From IMG/VR virus record IMGVR_UViG_3300011268_000751, positions 10,955 through 74,954 of that record: a DNA stretch of 64,000 nucleotides; one strand, written 5' to 3'. Of this stretch, positions 55,251 to 64,000 are shown piece after piece (the first letter of the stretch is position 1; each line of letters begins with the position of its first letter). Under the pieces are notes generated by a model. It worked only from the letters and a program-made list of their open reading frames with translations. It made no database searches and was not told the DNA's origin. The translations under genes and the position numbers were made by a program. Source of the stretch: a virus. Its lineage: Duplodnaviria; Caudoviricetes.

Positions 55251-57374
55251 TTATGTGTATGCTAGGTCTAAGAGAATATGATGTTTCATAAATCTATTTA
55301 ACAAAGTAAGACTACTGATCGATGGTGGTGCGGATGCCCCTCCTCCACCAGAAGAAGCAACTACAGGTTGTGGTTGCTGAACGTCATTAATAAAAATAGT
55401 CTGCTGCTCTGGAGTGGTTGATGTTTGAATTGTTTGAGCTACTTGTTGAGATAATTGGGGTGAAGAAACTTGCGCTGCTGGTGCTACTGGAGCTGCAGAG
55501 GGTGATGGAGTTATTGAAGGTGCAGTTGGCGCTGCAGTTGTTGTTGGAGTTGCCTGTGCCGTAGATACTGGAGCAGTAGTCTTTGGTGCTGGAGTTATTG
55601 GTGCTGGTGTTGGTTTTGTTTGAGTTTGCTGATTTTGTCCCTCAACCTTTTTTAATGGGTGGTTTTTTAACCAAGATCCTGGATCTTCATAAGAACTAAA
55701 TTGACCATTTGATGCTGGTGGATTATTAGAAATTTCCCAGTGAAGGTGAGGTCCAGTTGATCTTCCTGTACTTCCAACCAGTCCAATTAAAGTTCCTTGA
55801 TTGATAACTTGCCCTGCTCTTACTGCCGGTTTATCTCTCATGTGTCCAAAGAAATGATAAGCACCGTAGATATCATCTTTCCACACAGCCCAATTTCCAT
55901 ATCCACCATCTGAAGATGACCCAGCTAGACCTGTATGAGTTACTTTTCCAGGAAAATATGCATACATCGGAGTTCCTGAAGGAGCAGATATATCATATCC
56001 GTTATGAGGTCTACCCCATCTCATACCTTTACCTGATGTAATAACAGTATTCGCTCCAGGCTTAAATGGACTATAAGGAACACTTAATTTTCTATTTCCT
56101 TGAGAGTCACCACTTGTTCCAGATACAGCAGCAAAATTTGTAGATAATGGTGTCTGTGGAGCCCCTTGCACTCCGGGTTTATCTTCTTGAGAAACTGGAG
56201 AACCCAAAGATTTTTGATATGCTTGCTGCAACACTTTTAATTTTGCAACTGGTTGCCCATAAGCACTTGATCCACTTAAAGTTGGAAATGAAGCCCATTC
56301 ACCAGACAATAAATTAGAAACTTTGGCACTTAATCCTTCTTTGGATAATAATGCATCAGTAACTCCTCTACGCTTTGCCAACCATAATGCAGCCTTATCT
56401 TGATTAACTGGTGAAAAATCTGTTAACCCAAGTGCATTTGCTGCTGTTTGCCAGGTGGGTGTCAGAAATTGATATCTTCCTGCTGCAGATGAGGCATAAC
56501 GACCAGATCTAATAACTCTATCAGGATGTTTCCACCCCTTTGATGTATCAAAAGTTCCACCGCCAAACATAGTCCTATAACCATTTGGTCCAGAAGTCCC
56601 TTCACCAGTAGCAATAGCATCTAATAATGCTCTTTCTCTAGGAGTTCCATATGTTGCCCTAGTTCCTCCATTTCCACCAGGAGCACCGGTAGTCTCATCG
56701 CCTTCAGATCTTTCTCCTGGGGGAGTAGTATAATCAGTTCCTGCTGGAGGAATTGAACCAGGACCGCCAGGAGCAATTGACTCACCCAAAGAAGTCGTTG
56801 CTAATTTTACACCTTCATCTATTTGCTTACCCATATCAGTGAAAGTATTTTCAAGATTAGTAAATGATTTCTTAACTCTATTAGATGTATCTAAGAAATC
56901 TAAAGAAATTATATCCTGAAAAACAGAACTCAATAAATTTCCAAAGTTCTTAACAATATTAAAGATATTTTTTATAAATCCCTGCAATAATGCAAACATT
57001 CGTTGTATTCTTGCAATCAATTCTTGCGCCATCGCAATAATCGTTGGAAGATTATTCATTAACCATCCAAGCAATAGTGTTCCTAGAAAGGACAAAATTC
57101 GACTTAAAAATCCTCCAGTGGCTCTGACAATTGCTTTAATTGGAGTTGTTATTATATCCTTTGCTTCTAATGCTGCCTCATTTTCTTTTCTTCTTTCATA
57201 TTCTTTTTTTCTTCCCCAAAAAGTCTTTTTACCTTGTATGGTTTCTTTTTTTACTTTTGTTTTTTTAATTAAAAAATTTCTCATATTAGAAGTAGTTTTT
57301 TTAGATCCGAAAATACTACTACTAAAAGATTTTATACTACCACTAATTTTAGAAAGGTTTAATAATTTTTTCAT
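55251..57374 (-). CDS. Tail/hub-associated lysin: lambda-R-type lysozyme domain plus M23 peptidase domain
   Basis: ALLDAIA.GEG...YRTMFGG...SAAGRYQFL..TW...DFSP.NQD.AA...EWASFP (~56250-56650); HNGYD..AP.GTP...H..GHM...TG.STGPHLHWEI (~55670-56040). Confidence 0.85.
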   Translation of the reverse strand: MKKLLNLSKISGSIKSFSSSIFGSKKTTSNMRNFLIKKTKVKKETIQGKKTFWGRKKEYERRKENEAALEAKDIITTPIKAIVRATGGFLSRILSFLGTLLLGWLMNNLPTIIAMAQELIARIQRMFALLQGFIKNIFNIVKNFGNLLSSVFQDIISLDFLDTSNRVKKSFTNLENTFTDMGKQIDEGVKLATTSLGESIAPGGPGSIPPAGTDYTTPPGERSEGDETTGAPGGNGGTRATYGTPRERALLDAIATGEGTSGPNGYRTMFGGGTFDTSKGWKHPDRVIRSGRYASSAAGRYQFLTPTWQTAANALGLTDFSPVNQDKAALWLAKRRGVTDALLSKEGLSAKVSNLLSGEWASFPTLSGSSAYGQPVAKLKVLQQAYQKSLGSPVSQEDKPGVQGAPQTPLSTNFAAVSGTSGDSQGNRKLSVPYSPFKPGANTVITSGKGMRWGRPHNGYDISAPSGTPMYAYFPGKVTHTGLAGSSSDGGYGNWAVWKDDIYGAYHFFGHMRDKPAVRAGQVINQGTLIGLVGSTGRSTGPHLHWEISNNPPASNGQFSSYEDPGSWLKNHPLKKVEGQNQQTQTKPTPAPITPAPKTTAPVSTAQATPTTTAAPTAPSITPSPSAAPVAPAAQVSSPQLSQQVAQTIQTSTTPEQQTIFINDVQQPQPVVASSGGGGASAPPSISSLTLLNRFMKHHILLDLAYT

Positions 57375-57375
57375 T

Positions 57376-59532
57376 TTACACTACCACATTATATTGAACT
57401 TGTGAATATAACAGATAGAAATTATCAGGATTTGATGAGGCAATATATGGAACTTCACTTGCTGTTCCACTCTTTAGTGATGTTTGCGGTTGACTTTGAT
57501 TTGGATTACTACTTGCATAAACTACATTTGGTTTTGGAGTTGGAGAAGGTCCAACTACAGGAGGAAGGGGCAACGTATCAATTTTTGCAGGTTGAGTTGA
57601 AGATTGATCTATTGGAGCACTTGTAGATTGGGAAGAGGGTGCTTCAACTTGTGCTGGTTGAGAAGTTGTTGCAGGAACTGGTTTTGGAGTCAATTTCATC
57701 TCAGTCCAATCATAACCTTTTGATTTCGCCCAAGTAATTGCCTGTTGCTGTTCTTGGGGAGTCATATTATTCCAAGCCTCAACAATTCTTCCTCTTGCCA
57801 TTCCATTATTTCTATATTGCCAAGCCATCTCAAATTTCTTAACCATCTCTGGACTTGGAGGAGGTAGAGCTGCAGATTGAGGAGTAGAAGTTGCTTGTGC
57901 TGCTGATGGTTGAGATATTGTTGGAAGTTCTGGAATTTTTGTCTGTGTTGGTGTAGATGCATCTACCTTACTTTCTGTCTGTTGTGATGGAACATCAAAA
58001 CTAGTAACCTGAGAAATCATAGGTTCCTGAGGAAAAATTTCTTCAGATGTTTCAGATGAATTCATAGGCATTGGAGAAAATGCTGGTATAATAGTTCCTT
58101 GTGGGACAGATAGTGAAACTAAAGGTTTTTGTTGAGTTGCCGAACTAGTTGTAGAAGGTGTAGTAGGTGTTGAAGGTGTTGAAGGTGTTGAAGGTGCAGT
58201 AGGTGTTGAAGGTGTTGAAGGTGCAGTAGGTGTTGTTGCAGTTTGTCTATTGGTCTGGAGAGTTGATGTTTGTGTTGGAGGTTCGTTTGAATTTTTACCA
58301 AAAATATTTCCGCCAAACATTTCTGCAATTGCATCAGCACCATATGCAACTCGAAAAGGAACCTTTAAGGCTCCTGGAGCAAATAATGCCCCACTAGCAA
58401 GAGCAGCATCGGTAAATTGTCCTGATGCAGCATCCATTATACCACTAATACCAGTTAAACCTTTTCCAATTGCACCACCAAGTCCTCCTCCAGGTTTACC
58501 TCCAGGTTTACCAGGAGAACTTGGTGAGGGTTTTCCTCCTCCAGCACCACTAGCTGCGGCAACACCTCCAGCAGCGGCAGCACCTCCAGCAGCGGCAGCA
58601 CCTCCAGCAGCAGCGGCACTTCTACCACCAATTCCAACAAATGATGCAGCAGCAGAAGCTACTTTCTTACCAAGATCAGCAATTTTAAAAAATAATTTAC
58701 CTAGAGTATTTCCAATTACAAATTTACCTATTTTAAATGCTAGACTTCCTATTGTAGCAACAATTCTAAGAAATCCAAGATTTAAAAATGTTAATATTCC
58801 ACCAGCAATTAATAAATGTTTTATTATATTATTTTTTATATCCTCAAATTTTTTACGATTTCCTTCAGAGTCAGCCTTAAATAAATCTATTGCCTTATCA
58901 ACCAACCATCCAGTAAACAATATACCAAAAAATCTCATTAAATTTGCAAGAGTGAATTGGAGTTTATTTCCAATTGCCTTAATCGGTGCCATCAAAGCAC
59001 CAGTAATTCTTTTTTCTAATTGATTTTCAGCACCTTTTCTATATTCAGTTTCTGCTGCTTGCTTTTGCTCTATAAATTCTTGCTTTGCCTGAGACTGTTC
59101 TAGTACAGCATCATTTTTTAAAAGAGTCTCAACTCCCTTAAGATTAGCACCTAGATCTGCAACTGCAACTTTAATTACATCAAATTGCCTCTGTAAAGAG
59201 CTAATTAAATTATTGTTTGCTACTATTTGTTCTTGATCTCGTTTAGCAAGATCGTTTATCTGCTTCTGTAATAATTGTAATTGCTCTGGATTAATTGGGG
59301 GTGGGGATGGTGGTACAGTTAAAGATCCAGGATCAATTGCTTTAGTTAGAGGAACAATTGCTCCACCACGTCCTCTTCCACCCGAACTTCCAGTTCCAAA
59401 AACAGAACTTGGTAAGGTTCTAATTCTACCTAAAGAAAATTTTTGTAAGGTAATTCTTTCTGATCTGGTATAATAACCACCTTCAGGTTTTTCTCCCGTC
59501 TGTGCTCTCGTACCAGCCTCTTCCCTATCCAT
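57376..59532 (-). CDS. Tape-measure-like / hub-associated protein with coiled coil, hydrophobic segments and low-complexity linkers
   Basis: Coiled-coil N-half, FFGILFTGWLV-type hydrophobic helices, AAAGG and PSTP repeats; position after gp51. Confidence 0.55.
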   Translation of the reverse strand: MDREEAGTRAQTGEKPEGGYYTRSERITLQKFSLGRIRTLPSSVFGTGSSGGRGRGGAIVPLTKAIDPGSLTVPPSPPPINPEQLQLLQKQINDLAKRDQEQIVANNNLISSLQRQFDVIKVAVADLGANLKGVETLLKNDAVLEQSQAKQEFIEQKQAAETEYRKGAENQLEKRITGALMAPIKAIGNKLQFTLANLMRFFGILFTGWLVDKAIDLFKADSEGNRKKFEDIKNNIIKHLLIAGGILTFLNLGFLRIVATIGSLAFKIGKFVIGNTLGKLFFKIADLGKKVASAAASFVGIGGRSAAAAGGAAAAGGAAAAGGVAAASGAGGGKPSPSSPGKPGGKPGGGLGGAIGKGLTGISGIMDAASGQFTDAALASGALFAPGALKVPFRVAYGADAIAEMFGGNIFGKNSNEPPTQTSTLQTNRQTATTPTAPSTPSTPTAPSTPSTPSTPTTPSTTSSATQQKPLVSLSVPQGTIIPAFSPMPMNSSETSEEIFPQEPMISQVTSFDVPSQQTESKVDASTPTQTKIPELPTISQPSAAQATSTPQSAALPPPSPEMVKKFEMAWQYRNNGMARGRIVEAWNNMTPQEQQQAITWAKSKGYDWTEMKLTPKPVPATTSQPAQVEAPSSQSTSAPIDQSSTQPAKIDTLPLPPVVGPSPTPKPNVVYASSNPNQSQPQTSLKSGTASEVPYIASSNPDNFYLLYSQVQYNVVV
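58140..58625. repeat. Coding microsatellite-like repeats (9/27-bp PSTP-TAP units; 18-bp AAAAGG units)
   Basis: gtgttgaag-type repeats at ~58160-58235 and agc(a)gcggcagcacctcc repeats at ~58555-58620. Confidence 0.75.
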
Positions 59533-59698
59533 TTATTCCTTGTTTCAGGTTTTGTTCTTCAATATAATTTTTCAAAAGAGAAACATAAACTTCCCTTTCC
59601 CAAGGGATCATATTTTCAAGCTCTGTTAAACTATATTTATGGTGTTGGACCAAAGCAAAATTTGTCTTGTAATATGACGCAAGATCCTCATGCGCCAT
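59525..59698 (-). CDS. gp51: Baseplate hub assembly catalyst gp51-like (57 aa; missing from the ORF track)
   Basis: Hand translation MAHEDLASYYKTNFALVQHHKYSLTELENMIPWEREVYVSLLKNYIEEQNLKQGING*, directly after gp26. Confidence 0.9.
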   Translation of the reverse strand: MAHEDLASYYKTNFALVQHHKYSLTELENMIPWEREVYVSLLKNYIEEQNLKQGING

Positions 59699-59700
59699 CG

Positions 59701-60420
59701 CTACGCGAAAAAAGATGTTAATCCCTCCAGAACAACTTCACTTTCAACTTCAGTATTTGGATTTTTAACTTTAATGGTGTGAGAAAGTTTAGGCATCGTT
59801 TCAAAAAACTTCTCAATTTCCTTAAATTGATTTGAAGTTAATTGTTCGATAAATTCAGAAAGTTCTTTTTTAGTACAATCTGATGCAGCCCAAGATTCTT
59901 CTTCTGTATAAACTTGTTCGATACATGAAGTAATAAGATCAAATGTATCTGAAACTGTAATTTCTCCACTAGAACTAAAATTATTTTTAATAAATTCATT
60001 TAGTGAAGGATATCTCATTCTCATAATCAATTTTTCATCAAGTTTAATATCTCTAGAATGCTCGGGAGAAACTTCAACTTGAATTTCATCAAGATTAATT
60101 GTTCTAGGAACCTTCGTAATTCCATCATCAGGACAAGTAATCAGTACATCAACTGTTTCTCCTACTGATTTACCCCTAATATTCAAGAACAAATATTCAA
60201 TATCAAAAGTAGCAAGTTCATCAACTTTTATTCCCTTCGACAAAATGCAATTTGAAATTACAGTTTTAACTGCATTAGTAATCTGTTTAGTATCCTCACT
60301 TTCCATCGCAATAATCAAAACCTTTTCTTCTTTAACTAGAAATGGTCTATATCTTATCTTCTTTTTTAATGATGGAATTTCCAACTCATATGTTGGTGTA
60401 GAAATCTTTGGTAAAGGCAT
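59701..60420 (-). CDS. gp26: Baseplate hub subunit gp26
   Basis: MPLPKI.TPTYEL.IPS.KKKIRYRPFLVKEEK.L...FDIEYLFLNIRGKSVGE; GATAAATA promoter at 60446-60453. Confidence 0.9.
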   Translation of the reverse strand: MPLPKISTPTYELEIPSLKKKIRYRPFLVKEEKVLIIAMESEDTKQITNAVKTVISNCILSKGIKVDELATFDIEYLFLNIRGKSVGETVDVLITCPDDGITKVPRTINLDEIQVEVSPEHSRDIKLDEKLIMRMRYPSLNEFIKNNFSSSGEITVSDTFDLITSCIEQVYTEEESWAASDCTKKELSEFIEQLTSNQFKEIEKFFETMPKLSHTIKVKNPNTEVESEVVLEGLTSFFA

Positions 60421-60451
60421 AATAACCTGCTAAATTCAGTACAATTATTTA

Positions 60452-61255
60452 TCAACGAATGGTAGGATTCACATTTCCAGAATTAAACGTAACACCTCTT
60501 ACACCACTTTCATTTCCAAGAGATTGTCCTGTCCTGAAAATAAGCCTCTCCGTTTGAGTATTATTTGAACTATTTGAACTATTAGAAGTATTGGAAGTAT
60601 TGGAATTATTGAAAATCTGATTAACTAAACTACCAATAACATTAGAAACTGTAGTTTCTGTAGTTTTAGCGCAAATATACCTCTCATAATTAAATGTTAC
60701 TGAAACTCTTAAAATATCTGATGCCTGATAAGAAACTACTGGTGCAGACATAGATATTGGAAATAATCCATAAAACATATAACCAAAACCATAATTATAA
60801 TCTTTATCAAATTTAATGATCTGAGTCGAATCAACTTTATATTCAATTGGATACCTCATTCTATAATAATACCCTGGAGAATTAACAGATTCATTAGATC
60901 CAGATGAAATAAATTCCATCCAATACTCAAACATTTTTAACACTTTATATTGTGAGTCAACATAAAATTCTAGAGTAATAGGATCATACATTCTAGTATG
61001 TGCGAACTTTTCATTTACTCCAGTGTATGCTCCTCTAATATCAGCAGTTGCAAAGGAAGTTGTTGGTAATTGCGCTGAACTGCAAAGTAATCCAGCATTC
61101 TCATTCATAAAACTCAATGATACACCACGATCAGATAGATAACTTCTTAACTCACTGGAAAATCCACCAAAAACAACTTGATAATGGGATGTCTGCGCTA
61201 AATTAAATACTGATTTAATGTCAGATATACTTTTTTTATAGTTTGCGAGAGACAC
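60452..61255 (-). CDS. gp54: Tail tube initiator / gp54-like (gp19-fold) protein
   Basis: LLCSSAQLP..SFAT...EKFAHTRMY..ITLEFYVD..Y......WM...D...Y.FYGLFP...L.V.V.F.Y; GTG start. Confidence 0.65.
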   Translation of the reverse strand: MSLANYKKSISDIKSVFNLAQTSHYQVVFGGFSSELRSYLSDRGVSLSFMNENAGLLCSSAQLPTTSFATADIRGAYTGVNEKFAHTRMYDPITLEFYVDSQYKVLKMFEYWMEFISSGSNESVNSPGYYYRMRYPIEYKVDSTQIIKFDKDYNYGFGYMFYGLFPISMSAPVVSYQASDILRVSVTFNYERYICAKTTETTVSNVIGSLVNQIFNNSNTSNTSNSSNSSNNTQTERLIFRTGQSLGNESGVRGVTFNSGNVNPTIR

Positions 61256-61294
61256 TCTAAATACTTGAAGACTATAATATATGTATATTGATAG

Positions 61295-61735
61295 ATGTCA
61301 TATAAAGGAAAATATAAATTAACAAATCCAAAAAAATACAAAGGTGATCCGACAAATGTAATCTATAGATCTTTGTGGGAAAGAAAATATATGAGGTATC
61401 TTGATCTTCATGATAATATTTTAGAATGGTCGAGTGAAGAAATATTCATTTGGTATAAGTCTCCAGTTGATAATCGTCCTCATAGATACTTTCCAGATTT
61501 TTATGTGAAAGAACAAATGTTTGATGGAACAATTCAAAAATATCTTGTTGAAATAAAACCAAAAAGGCAATTATCTCCACCAAAAGAACCAAAAAGAAAA
61601 ACAAAAGGATACATATATGAAGCAATTGAATATGCAAAAAACCAATCAAAATGGGAATATGCAAGAGAATGGTGTAAGGATCGTCAATATGGATTTAAAA
61701 TTTTAACAGAGGATGAATTAAACATCAAGTATTAA
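61295..61735 (+). CDS. gp4: Head completion nuclease gp4
   Basis: YKGKY...NPKKYKGDP.N..YRSLWER..M...WSSEE...HRYFPDF...LVEIKP...NQ.KW; CTAAATA at 61257-61263. Confidence 0.9.
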   Translation: MSYKGKYKLTNPKKYKGDPTNVIYRSLWERKYMRYLDLHDNILEWSSEEIFIWYKSPVDNRPHRYFPDFYVKEQMFDGTIQKYLVEIKPKRQLSPPKEPKRKTKGYIYEAIEYAKNQSKWEYAREWCKDRQYGFKILTEDELNIKY

Positions 61736-61736
61736 A

Positions 61737-62138
61737 ATGCCAAGGAAAACTCTTAAAGAAAGAAATGTTAAACCAGTTGAAGATACATCTAACAATAGAT
61801 TAGCACCTGTATTGGATCTAGTAACTGGAAAAGAAGATCCAGATGATCTAATGCTATTAATTATTGAAGCCATTCCAGAAAGTGAAATGCCACCAAAAGT
61901 TGGAAATTTTTATACCTTTATATATTCACCCAAGACTCCAAACATTAAATATGATGAGTATCCTCTAGTAGAAGTTACTCAAGTTTTCGCATGGGGATTT
62001 AAAGGAATTAATCTCCATTATCCAGCTCCAAGGCAATATACATGGCAAGAAATAGTTGGGACCATACACAGGGCTAAATCCTCAGAAATTAAATCTCTTC
62101 TTTCTATTCCATATATGAAATTGCGTCTAAATAGTTAG
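61737..62138 (+). CDS. gp2: gp2 DNA end-protector-like protein (short)
   Basis: GNFYTFIY.PKTP...YDEYPLV......GFKGINLHY motif; position between gp4 and gp48. Confidence 0.55.
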   Translation: MPRKTLKERNVKPVEDTSNNRLAPVLDLVTGKEDPDDLMLLIIEAIPESEMPPKVGNFYTFIYSPKTPNIKYDEYPLVEVTQVFAWGFKGINLHYPAPRQYTWQEIVGTIHRAKSSEIKSLLSIPYMKLRLNS

Positions 62139-62152
62139 AAACGGTTGTAACT

Positions 62153-63028
62153 GTGGCAGAATACAGATACCCATACAGAAAATTAGAAAAAACTGATGAT
62201 TATCTACATATCAAGGTGGTAGATTATAAAGCTCCAGGGATACCAACCTTGGGACAAACAACTTCGTCATCAAGTAGTAATCAAGTGACGGTTAATCATA
62301 ATATTTACTTACCCATGCCTCAAGGAATTGAGGATTCTAACTCGGTAGATTGGGGAGATGACACTTTAAATCCAATTGCAGCAACTGCTCTAGGATTAAG
62401 TAAAGATGCTATAGAAAGTGATAATCCTTTTAAAGGTATTCAATCTGGAATACAAAAAGCAATTGGAATTACTAACGATCAAATACTAGGTGGAAACGCA
62501 CAACATTTAATTTCAACTGGATTTGCAGCAGCGGCAGTTGGTGCTTTAGGGGCTAATGTTAATTTAGAAAGTCTTATAAGTAGATCTTCAGGTCAAGTTT
62601 TAAACCCAAATATGGAATTATTATTTAAGGGTGTTAAATTAAGATCTTTTCAATTTACATATGATTTAGTTGCCAGAGACTCTACTGAATCTTCTTACAT
62701 TAAGGGTATGATAAGAACTTTGAAGACAAGTATGGCACCAAGAAAAAGTTCTTCTGCAAGTACAGCTTCTCAAGGTCTATTCATAAGTGCTCCAAATGTT
62801 TTTCAATTAGAATTCAGGAAAGGATCAAGCAAGCATCCATTCTTACCAACATTTAAACCCATGGCACTTATTGGCATGGGAGTAAATTATACTGGATCTG
62901 GAACATATGCAACATATAGTGATGGAGCACCAATTCATTTAAATATGACGTTATCATTCCAAGAACTGAATCCAGTCTACTACGAAGATTATAATGATTC
63001 TAACGCACAAATTGGAGTAGGATACTAA
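62153..63028 (+). CDS. gp48: Baseplate tail-tube cap gp48
   Basis: IYLPMP.GI.D...V.W...NPNMELLF.G..LRSF.F...AP.VF...Y.DG.P....L.F.EL; CTAAATA at 62127-62133. Confidence 0.85.
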   Translation: MAEYRYPYRKLEKTDDYLHIKVVDYKAPGIPTLGQTTSSSSSNQVTVNHNIYLPMPQGIEDSNSVDWGDDTLNPIAATALGLSKDAIESDNPFKGIQSGIQKAIGITNDQILGGNAQHLISTGFAAAAVGALGANVNLESLISRSSGQVLNPNMELLFKGVKLRSFQFTYDLVARDSTESSYIKGMIRTLKTSMAPRKSSSASTASQGLFISAPNVFQLEFRKGSSKHPFLPTFKPMALIGMGVNYTGSGTYATYSDGAPIHLNMTLSFQELNPVYYEDYNDSNAQIGVGY

Positions 63029-63684
63029 TGGGATACTTTAGAGAACTACCTAATTTAGAATACCCATCTTTTCTAAGTGATGCAAACTCTTCTACTGATT
63101 ACTTAGTCGTTAAAAACCTTTTCAGAAGATTTAAAATCAGAGATGATTTCTATAAATTACGAGAAACATCTATTCTGATAAAATATACTATTACAGATGG
63201 ATCCAGACCAGATTTGGTTGCGGAAGAATTATATGGAAGTCCAGACTATGATTGGGTTGTATTGATTAGTGCGGGAATTATTAATATAAGAGATCAATGG
63301 CCTCTTTCTGAAAGAGACATTTATAGATTTTCAGCAAATAAATATGGAGAAAATAATTTAACAGACATAAAATACTATGAAACTCTTGAAGTTAGAGATT
63401 CTGAAAATCGTTTAGTCTTACCTGCAGGAAAAATTGTAGATCCAGATTTCTCAATTCCTGATCCAAATAATAAATTAGCAACTTTAAATCCTGTTACTGC
63501 CGTAACAAATTACGAACATGAAGTTCGTTTAAATGAAAAGAAAAGAACTATTCGTCTATTAGAACCATTATACTTGCAACAATTCGTGAATGATATGAGA
63601 GAACTTATGATTTATTCTAAATCTTCAGAATTTGTAGATATCAAATTAATTAGAACAGATAATATGAGAATTAAGTCACCATAA
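63028..63684 (+). CDS. gp53: Baseplate wedge subunit gp53
   Basis: MGYF..LP...Y...KNLFRR...Y.I.DG.RPD.VA..LYG.P.YDWVVL....I.....QWPL...YE...NEKKR.I.LL. Confidence 0.9.
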   Translation: MGYFRELPNLEYPSFLSDANSSTDYLVVKNLFRRFKIRDDFYKLRETSILIKYTITDGSRPDLVAEELYGSPDYDWVVLISAGIINIRDQWPLSERDIYRFSANKYGENNLTDIKYYETLEVRDSENRLVLPAGKIVDPDFSIPDPNNKLATLNPVTAVTNYEHEVRLNEKKRTIRLLEPLYLQQFVNDMRELMIYSKSSEFVDIKLIRTDNMRIKSP

Positions 63685-64000
63685 GAGTTCTAAATTCTTA
63701 TCAAACATCATAACGTATCGGTGCTTGCGGGAGCGTTCTTTCCATTCTCCCTCAGCACCTTTTACTTTGCCTCGTGAATGCTTGGTTCCATCTGCATAAT
63801 AGAAATCTTTCTTTGCATCTGTGAGACCGCAATACTTAAAATTACAAGCGCGATAGATTGTGCCACTATGAAAATCACTATCGGCGTATGAAATGATTGC
63901 TTTGACTTCAGTATCTTTTCGCAGTTGTCTAATCGCTTTTGAAACGAACCAAGAAGTGATATTATACTCGCTCTGTTGAGTTTGTGGATGAATGCAGAGT
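63676..64000 (-). CDS. mom: Mom-like (GNAT-fold) DNA adenine-modification enzyme, 3' part; 5' end truncated by the window edge
   Basis: Hand translation ...LCIHPQTQQSEYNITSWFVSKAIRQLRKDTEVKAIISYADSDFHSGTIYRACNFKYCG...SRKHRYVMMFDKNLELLW*. ISYAD, GTIYRA.NF.Y.G and KHRY are Mom-family hallmarks. Overlaps the gp53 3' end by 9 bp. Confidence 0.75.
   Translation of the reverse strand, partial: LCIHPQTQQSEYNITSWFVSKAIRQLRKDTEVKAIISYADSDFHSGTIYRACNFKYCGLTDAKKDFYYADGTKHSRGKVKGAEGEWKERSRKHRYVMMFDKNLELLW

Noticed and set aside
1508-59023. Numerous 60-260 aa plus-strand and alternate-frame ORFs (e.g. 4982..5323, 6005..6400, 44339..44809, 58250..59023)
   Set aside because: All lie inside long minus-strand genes. 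Thr/Gly/Val-rich repetitive codons naturally leave antisense frames open, and no RBS or promoter support was seen.
61295-61735. TnsA-like transposase / mobile element
   Set aside because: The nuclease motif belongs to T4 gp4 head-completion protein in its normal syntenic position; no transposon ends or other tns genes are present.

Overview
A 64 kb, AT-rich segment of a large T4-like myophage genome. The gene order (gp5, hub/tape-measure-like genes, gp51, gp26, gp54-like, then divergently gp4, gp2-like, gp48, gp53), the NATAAATA late promoters and the fibre protein families best fit the T4-like cyanophages. Assignment is by recognition only; no database search was run. About 49 kb (1120-50349, all minus strand) is a contiguous arsenal of about 25 tail-fibre, adhesin and virion genes built from a small set of shared, repeated modules. 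Three non-structural inserts interrupt it. The first is an early island with consensus sigma70 promoters (11052-12026). It encodes two tRNAs that both appear aimed at AUA codons (a TilS-type CAU tRNA and a non-canonical long-variable-arm UAU tRNA) plus an orphan Phd/YefM-like antitoxin. The second is an alpha/beta hydrolase coupled to the fibre operon. The third is a glycosyltransferase + two paralogous small proteins + sulfotransferase cassette. Three real genes are missing from the ORF track: an SF2 DEAH helicase running off the left edge, gp51, and a Mom-like DNA-modification gene running off the right edge. Most plus-strand ORFs left of 61 kb are antisense shadows. No CRISPR array, reverse transcriptase/DGR, recombinase or intron was recognised.
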